Shown piece after piece: positions 8,082-13,085 of a DNA stretch of 14,486 nt. Positions within the stretch are counted from its first letter, which is position 1. Every line of letters begins with the position of its first letter. Source of the stretch: Nanobdellota archaeon (lineage in GTDB: Archaea; Nanobdellota; Nanobdellia; Woesearchaeales; JAHWHD01); NCBI GenBank assembly GCA_034722435.1, contig JAYENX010000026.1, forward strand, positions 1 to 14,486, in the 5' to 3' direction. The translations under genes and the position numbers were made by a program. The notes beneath the pieces are model-generated. The model had not been told where the DNA came from, ran no database searches, and saw only the letters and a program-made list of their open reading frames with translations.

Positions 8082-8780
8082 ATGGAAAAAGGGGTTATTT
8101 TAGAATTATCAAAAGTACTTGATTCTTTGACAAAGAGTGATCTTAATTTTAATGCTAAACGTGATGTTCTTGATTTTAAGTCTAACAAGGTAGAAATATT
8201 GAAAAAGTCTTTAGATAAACATTATGAAAATCTTTTGAAAGTTGAGCGCGAGTTCAAAAAAGTTCGATATGAAGATGTGCTCAACACTTTTAATTTTATT
8301 AAGCTTGCATATCAAAAAAAAGATTTTAATGAAATGAAGACCCATTTGGTAAATCTTCAGCTACTCTTGCCGGCAAATGATGAAACTCATTTTGTGGTTG
8401 ATTTAAAATTGCCTGCAGATATTAGACCTGAACTTACTGCAGATATTCAGGAGATGAGGATGTGTTATGATGCTTCTTGTTACAGATCTGCAGTAGTTTT
8501 ATGTGGGCGTATACTTGAGATTGCTTTGCACAGAAAATATTATGAAGCTACTGGTAATGATATACTTGAAACTAATCCTTCAATAGGTTTAGGTAAGTTG
8601 ATTGCAAAATTGCGTGAACATAATGTTAAGTTTCCGCCGGGTATAACTGAACAAATTCATCTTATAAATAAAGTGCGTATAAGTTCTGTGCATAAAAAGA
8701 AGCAAGTGTTTGTACCTTCGAAACCTCAAGCAAATGCTATTATCCTTTATAGTTTAGATGTGTTACGTCAATTGTTTTAG
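8082..8780 (+). CDS. DUF4145/HEPN-domain protein, 232 aa
   Basis: C-terminal YRSAVVLCGRILEIAL...LGKLIAKL...INKVRISSVH matches the DUF4145/HEPN pattern with an intact R-X4-H; TATATAAA 24 nt before ATG 8082. Confidence 0.75.
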   Translation: MEKGVILELSKVLDSLTKSDLNFNAKRDVLDFKSNKVEILKKSLDKHYENLLKVEREFKKVRYEDVLNTFNFIKLAYQKKDFNEMKTHLVNLQLLLPANDETHFVVDLKLPADIRPELTADIQEMRMCYDASCYRSAVVLCGRILEIALHRKYYEATGNDILETNPSIGLGKLIAKLREHNVKFPPGITEQIHLINKVRISSVHKKKQVFVPSKPQANAIILYSLDVLRQLF

Positions 8781-8809
8781 TTTTTTAAGATTACTTAATA
8801 AGTTAATTC

Positions 8810-10177
8810 GTGAAAGTAATGAATATCTATAGTTTTGAAGCGACGAAAAGAGGAAGAGTCAAAGATGCGGTAGTTGGAACAATCGATGATACTGGCGAGT
8901 TTGTTGTTGCTATTGTTAATCCTAAACTAGATTATTTTGATCCTTTAAAAGTACATGCGTTTTCTAATAAAATTCGTAAAAAATCTCCTAAACAGTTAAT
9001 TAATTATCTTAAACGTAGATTTTTGGCTGGTAAAGATTTTTATGATTTAGGTCCGGGAAATTATAAACCTTTGATTAGAGATGGGGTGAAACCTAGAGGT
9101 TTTGATTTGGTTAATTATAAGGCCGGTTTGAGCGAGGTGGCTAATGTTGCGAGTGCGTCTCCCCCTTTATATCTTGGGATGAATACTCCGTATGGTGCTT
9201 TTTCATTGATATCTTGTTTAGAAGCTGCTAAGAAGTTTGTTTGGCAAAATGGTCGTGAGAATATAATTTCTAAAGAAGTTCATGAATGTGGTGATATATA
9301 TTCTATATCTGGTTATAATGATAAAATTCTTATTCAACAAGATGGTGTTAAGTTGAGAAAGCGAAGACTTGGTTCAGGTCAGAGTAACCTGTTTGATACG
9401 CGCTGGAGATATGACGAATTTTGGATACTGTTGCACAGGCAGTTTAATGAACATATTGATACTCCATTATTTTTTCCTTTAATGGGTTCAAGAATGACCA
9501 CAATAGCAACTGCTATTGAAAATGCGTTTGAATTTTATGGGCATAATCATAAGTTGTTGTTGGAAGTTTATTTACAACAAATACTTTTAGATAGTATGAA
9601 AAATCGTTCGGGTCTAAATTCTTATCTTAGATTTGATGCTGAACCTTTAGATTATAATTTGGTTAAAGGTATTGATTTTAAGAAAGTTCCTTTAGAGTTT
9701 TTAATGGCTAGGTTTGAAATTTCGAAATTGTCTGCATCTGATTTTTTTATGAGAGAGGTTGAACAAGGATTTAAAAAGTTATCAGTTACTGATAGGAAAA
9801 TTAAATATCTGGGGTTAGCGAGTCAGTTGCCTGAAAAGTTAAATGAATTTACTGCAGTACTTGACATGGCTAATATATTTTATTCTTTATTTCTATATTT
9901 CAATACTGAAATGGTTGTTGATAAAATTAAGCAGTGTGATGAAAATATTGGGCTTGAAGATTTGTTAAGAGCGCTTGAAAAATATAATTCTTATGAACAA
10001 ATTAAGGTTATGAGAGAAGAAATTGAACGGAAGGCGGTAGTGGGTAGAAAAAAGGTTGTTCGTGTTAAGGATGAGGAGAAGCAAATAGAAAGTATATGGT
10101 TAAAGCGCGGGAAACGTAGTAAGGGTATAGACTTTGAGAGTGCGTGGGTCAAGTTAACTCGGAACTGGACAGGATAA
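8810..10177 (+). CDS. Hypothetical protein, ~455 aa (GTG start; ATG 8819 is an alternative)
   Basis: Long ORF 29 nt after the HEPN gene on the same strand; no recognisable motif. Confidence 0.75.
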   Translation: MKVMNIYSFEATKRGRVKDAVVGTIDDTGEFVVAIVNPKLDYFDPLKVHAFSNKIRKKSPKQLINYLKRRFLAGKDFYDLGPGNYKPLIRDGVKPRGFDLVNYKAGLSEVANVASASPPLYLGMNTPYGAFSLISCLEAAKKFVWQNGRENIISKEVHECGDIYSISGYNDKILIQQDGVKLRKRRLGSGQSNLFDTRWRYDEFWILLHRQFNEHIDTPLFFPLMGSRMTTIATAIENAFEFYGHNHKLLLEVYLQQILLDSMKNRSGLNSYLRFDAEPLDYNLVKGIDFKKVPLEFLMARFEISKLSASDFFMREVEQGFKKLSVTDRKIKYLGLASQLPEKLNEFTAVLDMANIFYSLFLYFNTEMVVDKIKQCDENIGLEDLLRALEKYNSYEQIKVMREEIERKAVVGRKKVVRVKDEEKQIESIWLKRGKRSKGIDFESAWVKLTRNWTG

Positions 10178-10209
10178 AACATTTAAAGAGTTGTTACTTT
10201 TTTGTTTTT

Positions 10210-10803
10210 ATGAAGAAGTTATTTATCTTATTAGTATTGTTACTGCCTTTGATAATTATTTTAGGTTCTGCCAGGTTAGTTGTTTTTGATAAAAGTTTAC
10301 ATGAATCTTTATTTATTAAATCAGAGACAGTTATTGAAAATTATAATTTATTGAATGATGATGTAGTTGAGTTCCTGAAAGGTAATACTGAAACGGTTGA
10401 GAGCGATATGTTTACTGATAAAGAGAAAGATCATCTTAGAGATGTTAGGTGGTTGATTAATGTTTTAAGTGCTGTTTTTTATTCAGCTATTGTTTTGTTT
10501 GTGATTCTATTATTTTATTTTTATAATGAGGATAAACTGATTATTAGAAAAGGGTTGTTTTATGGTGGTGTGTTAACTTTTTCTTTGTTAGGAGTTGGCG
10601 CGTTATTGTTTTCGATAAATTTTGATTTTATGTTTAGTCTATTTCATAAATTATTTTTTCCGCAAGGCAATTATGTGTTTAGAACTAATCTTCCCTTATT
10701 GTATAACGGGGTTTGGTATTATTTAATTAGTTTTAGGATTGTTTTGTATTCTGTTATCGGTGCAGGTGTTTTGGTTGTTCAGAAGTTTGTTAAAAGATTA
10801 TAA
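10210..10803 (+). CDS. TIGR01906/DUF1461 (Lit-like) integral membrane protein, 197 aa (start revised from 10144)
   Basis: About 4 hydrophobic segments; family motifs FTDKEKDHLRDVR and FSLFHKLFFPQGNYVF; AAAACATTTAAAGA promoter 20 nt before ATG 10210. Confidence 0.75.
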   Translation: MKKLFILLVLLLPLIIILGSARLVVFDKSLHESLFIKSETVIENYNLLNDDVVEFLKGNTETVESDMFTDKEKDHLRDVRWLINVLSAVFYSAIVLFVILLFYFYNEDKLIIRKGLFYGGVLTFSLLGVGALLFSINFDFMFSLFHKLFFPQGNYVFRTNLPLLYNGVWYYLISFRIVLYSVIGAGVLVVQKFVKRL

Positions 10804-10824
10804 TGTCTTTTTAGAAATTTAAAA

Positions 10825-10886
10825 ATATCTCAGCAGTTACTTCCGTTCATCATTGTATCAGCCGGGAATAACTTCATCATCGACAT
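10825..10886 (-). ncRNA. Double-guide box C/D sRNA (2'-O-methylation guide)
   Basis: Minus strand: ATGTC-G, C box ATGATGA (10880-10874), 12-nt guide AGTTATTCCCGG, D' CTGA (10861-10858), TACA, C' ATGATGA (10853-10847), 13-nt guide ACGGAAGTAACTG, D CTGA (10833-10830), GATAT. All four boxes are perfect; 5-bp terminal stem gives K-turn geometry; own promoter; T-run downstream. Confidence 0.9.
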
Positions 10887-10907
10887 TGTTGATTAAATAT
10901 ATCTTAC

Positions 10908-10922
10908 TATAAAAAGCTTTTT
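10908..10922 (-). promoter_or_regulatory. BRE-TATA promoter of the C/D sRNA
   Basis: Minus strand AAAAAGC-TTTTTATA (TATA 10915-10908), 21 nt before the predicted sRNA 5' end. Confidence 0.7.
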
Positions 10923-10946
10923 AAGAATTGGTTTGGGTTTTGAGTA

Positions 10947-11081
10947 TTAATCCCAACCAGTATTATTCTCTTTTTTTTCTCTGTCTTGTGTATTCATGTG
11001 TTTGTCGTATGCCCAACACGGATATTGAGGGCAGTAGCTGTTACATGAACTTAGACGTTTTGGACAGTCTGGTATTCTCAT
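10947..11081 (-). CDS. Cys-rich microprotein, 44 aa (MRIPDCPKRLSSCNSYCPQYPCWAYDKHMNTQDREKKENNTGWD)
   Basis: Translated by hand and absent from the ORF track; minus-strand TTTATATA at 11111-11104, 22 nt before ATG; C-x6-C-x3-C-x4-C. Confidence 0.55.
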   Translation of the reverse strand: MRIPDCPKRLSSCNSYCPQYPCWAYDKHMNTQDREKKENNTGWD

Positions 11082-11194
11082 AGAATGGATAATGTTTTAC
11101 AGTTATATAAATCTTAGTTGTTATGGATGAGTACTCAGTATATACATAATATCGACTAAGTTTATAAACTTATTTTACTCTTATAAAGATTTAA

Positions 11195-11878
11195 ATGAAA
11201 AGGGGTGTATTGACAGCTGCGTTAGCAGGTTTATTGATGTTTAGCTATGCGCCTTCATATTCTGCTTCTTTTGTAATTCCTATACATTCTCAGTATCAAA
11301 AATGTTCTGTAATTGAATCGTCGCTAGAGGATAAAGTTAATGATTATGTGGAGACCAGACATAAAGTTACACGTGTGGTTGATGGCGATACTATTGATGT
11401 TGATAATGGTGAGAGGGTTAGACTTGTTGGTATTGATACGCCAGAATGGTGGGCACCAGGTTATAGAACTGCGACGCGTAAAACTAGATCTTTAATAATG
11501 GATGGGAGCGGTTATGTAATTTTAAGAAAATATAATGATGAAAATAATAGGGATTGTACAGGTAGGAAGGGATTGCCTGGCAGATTATTGCGTTATGTAT
11601 TTGTTGAGACTAATGAAGGGAGGAAACATGTTCAGGAAGAATTGCTTAAGGATAAGTTTGCTTCGCCGTATATATTTCGTGGAGAGATTAGGGCTTATTC
11701 TAAAATTTTTGAAAAGATTACGCACGATGCTCTTCGGAAAGGGTTTACTGGCGTCTGGGATAATTTTGATGATTTTGCGCGTTATAGGGTTAGTAAAAAG
11801 AACAGATGGAAAGTTAAACGATATATTGGTCGGTTAGATGGGTTGGTTGATAAGTATAAGGCATCTTGTGTTAATTGA
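11195..11878 (+). CDS. Secreted staphylococcal-nuclease (thermonuclease) family protein, 227 aa
   Basis: Signal-peptide-like N-terminus; VVDGDTI, VRLVGIDTPE and GRLLRYV motifs; TTTATAAA at 11161-11168. Confidence 0.88.
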   Translation: MKRGVLTAALAGLLMFSYAPSYSASFVIPIHSQYQKCSVIESSLEDKVNDYVETRHKVTRVVDGDTIDVDNGERVRLVGIDTPEWWAPGYRTATRKTRSLIMDGSGYVILRKYNDENNRDCTGRKGLPGRLLRYVFVETNEGRKHVQEELLKDKFASPYIFRGEIRAYSKIFEKITHDALRKGFTGVWDNFDDFARYRVSKKNRWKVKRYIGRLDGLVDKYKASCVN

Positions 11879-11945
11879 TTTTGTTGGTGGTTTAGATTGT
11901 GGTTGATTATTTCAGTTCTATTTACTACTTACTAGGAATGCTTTT

Positions 11946-11960
11946 CGAAACATTTAAATA
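11946..11960 (+). promoter_or_regulatory. Consensus BRE-TATA promoter, possibly driving a precursor that includes tRNA-His
   Basis: CGAAACA-TTTAAATA; no TATA-like box directly upstream of the tRNA at 12225. Confidence 0.7.
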
Positions 11961-11982
11961 CTTTAATAATTTAACTTATTTT

Positions 11983-12042
11983 ATGATTAAACAAATCGAG
12001 GCTAAGGCCCTATCCTGGGCTGACTGTATTCATTGTAAGTAG
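11983..12042 (+). CDS. Putative 19-aa leaderless peptide MIKQIEAKALSWADCIHCK (CxxC)
   Basis: ATG 22 nt after the TATA box, the same spacing as other leaderless genes here. Too short to be sure; could instead be a non-coding leader. Confidence 0.3.
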   Translation: MIKQIEAKALSWADCIHCK

Positions 12043-12100
12043 TCCGAGTTTTCTTAATTATTTAATTTATGCTGATTGTAATTTTTTTGATTGTAATATT

Positions 12101-12210
12101 CAAAAACCGCTATGTTCACTTGCTGTAATTTCTATTTTGACGAATACAGCATCAAGGCAGTCTTATGATTATTGGATTAGTTCGCTGGCCAATACTGGCA
12201 GCGGTTTTTG
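12101..12210 (+). ncRNA. Putative structured RNA (three-way junction; divergent 5S rRNA is one hypothesis)
   Basis: Perfect 11-bp terminal helix CAAAAACCGCT/AGCGGTTTTTG; arm TGCTGTA/TACAGCA (12121-12127/12145-12151); arm with a UUCG-capped hairpin TATTGG-A-TTAG-TTCG-CTGG-CCAATA (12170-12194). Confidence 0.45.
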
Positions 12211-12224
12211 TGTTCTATGTAAAC

Positions 12225-12360
12225 GCAGTAGTAGCATAATGGTTAGCGCAAGAGCTTGTGGGAATTCTGCAGAAAGTTCTATCTTTAGTAATCAAAGATT
12301 ACTGGGACTTTATAAATCAGGGATTTTAAATGAGTTTGAGTTCGAATCTCAGCTACTGCT
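12225..12360 (+). tRNA. tRNA-His(GUG) with a canonical 37/38 intron (12262-12274) and a second ~50-nt insertion in the variable region (~12281-12330)
   Basis: Acceptor stem GCAGTAG/CTACTGC; D arm GCAT-AATGGTTA-GCGC; anticodon stem AGAGC/GTTCT; anticodon GTG at 12258-12260; T arm TTGAG-TTCGAAT-CTCAG; BHB-type central helix TTGT/GCAG; CCA not encoded. Confidence 0.88.
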
Positions 12361-12366
12361 TTTTTT
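12360..12366 (+). terminator. Oligo-T tract after tRNA-His
   Basis: Run of 7 T starting at the discriminator position; typical of archaeal terminators. Confidence 0.5.
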
Positions 12367-12371
12367 AACCA

Positions 12372-12392
12372 ATGGAGGTACAGAAAAATGAA
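12372..12392 (+). repeat. Direct repeat copy 1 (RBS plus start codon)
   Basis: ATGGAGGTACAGAAAAATGAA; 20/21 identical to 13065-13085. Confidence 0.8.
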
Positions 12393-12430
12393 TAAAATAA
12401 AAACAGAAAAAACGAAAATAAATAGTTTGA

Positions 12431-12991
12431 GTGGTAGTTCCTTACTTGCCAAGGTTAGTCAGGGTATTCATTGTTATCAATAAAGATTTCTTAGATGCAA
12501 ATCCTTATGTGAGAAATGAGATTGCTGATCTTTACACTGAAATTTATAATGCTTCGCCATGGAATGAAGATTGGACTAAAGAATCTGCTTTGAATGAATT
12601 GCTTGAGGTTGAGCAAAAGCAAGGTTTTGCTGGAGCAGTGGCTAGAGATCAAGAGCTTGTAGCTTTTTCATGGGGCTATAAAGTTCAGTCGGAGAATACT
12701 GCTAGAGTTGACTTTAGGAAGATTAGGGCGAAGTTGGAAATGGTTGGTCTTGATCCTGAGGATGCTTTTTACGGAGCTGATACTGGAGTAAGGATTGATT
12801 ATAGGAAAAACGGTATAGGTTCTTTAATATTGAAAGAAAGAGCTAAATCTACTGATGCTGGTGTTGTACTCTTTCGGACATTGAATCCGCAAATGTTGAG
12901 AATCTATAGGACAGCTCTTGGGAAGGAAATTTTTTCGTTTCTTGAAGAAAGTTCTTACAAAGGAGGGCGAGTCTATGTTTTTAAAAAATAG
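12431..12991 (+). CDS. GNAT-family N-acetyltransferase (true start uncertain; possibly frameshifted)
   Basis: LYTEIYNASPWNEDWTKESA N-terminal pattern; acetyl-CoA motif A GVRIDYRKNGIGSLIL; the only SD-led ATG (12388) is out of frame. Confidence 0.75.
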   Translation: MVVPYLPRLVRVFIVINKDFLDANPYVRNEIADLYTEIYNASPWNEDWTKESALNELLEVEQKQGFAGAVARDQELVAFSWGYKVQSENTARVDFRKIRAKLEMVGLDPEDAFYGADTGVRIDYRKNGIGSLILKERAKSTDAGVVLFRTLNPQMLRIYRTALGKEIFSFLEESSYKGGRVYVFKK

Positions 12992-13064
12992 TTTTTATTT
13001 TTTATTTTTGTATTTGTACTTATATTTAGAATTTTTAATAACATTTATAAACATAAAACTAACT

Positions 13065-13085
13065 ATGGAGGTATAGAAAAATGAA
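13065..13085 (+). repeat. Direct repeat copy 2 = hisS RBS and start codon
   Basis: ATGGAGGTATAGAAAAATGAA; TTTATAAA at 13044-13051 upstream. Confidence 0.8.

Noticed and set aside
8810-10177. QSNLF in the 455-aa protein as a clamp-binding motif
   Set aside because: A single short internal match is expected by chance; no conservation data available.
9991-10209. Minus ORF 9991-10182 and the GTG 10144 extension of the Lit-like gene
   Set aside because: They overlap the 455-aa gene; the promoter at 10182 favours ATG 10210.
10830-10886. 18-aa minus-strand ORF MSMMKLFPADTMMNGSNC at leaderless spacing
   Set aside because: Its ATG and TGA codons are the C/C' (ATGATGA) and D/D' (CTGA) boxes; the sRNA explains the sequence much better.
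10993-11050. TTCATGT/ACATGAA plus TGCCC/GGGCA hairpin followed by ACA on the minus strand (H/ACA-like)
   Set aside because: Pocket-to-ACA distance is ~18 nt rather than 14-16, no K-turn is visible, and it lies within the Cys-rich ORF.
11535-11837. 100-aa alternative-frame ORF in the nuclease gene
   Set aside because: Nested in a confidently identified gene; no motif.
11983-12050. SRP Alu-domain, RNase P P4 or second C/D sRNA readings (GGCTAAGGCC, TGTAAG, AGTCCGAG, ATGATTA..CTGA)
   Set aside because: No SRP helix 8 (CAGG..GNRA..AGCA), no 3' P4 strand, and no C' box at workable spacing.
12101-12224. T-box or his attenuator upstream of hisS
   Set aside because: No UGGNACC T-box bulge, no run of His codons, and hisS has its own TATA; the alternative hairpin is kept only as a note under the structured-RNA finding.
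12137-12391. 84-aa plus-strand ORF
   Set aside because: Overlaps the structured RNA and the entire tRNA-His.
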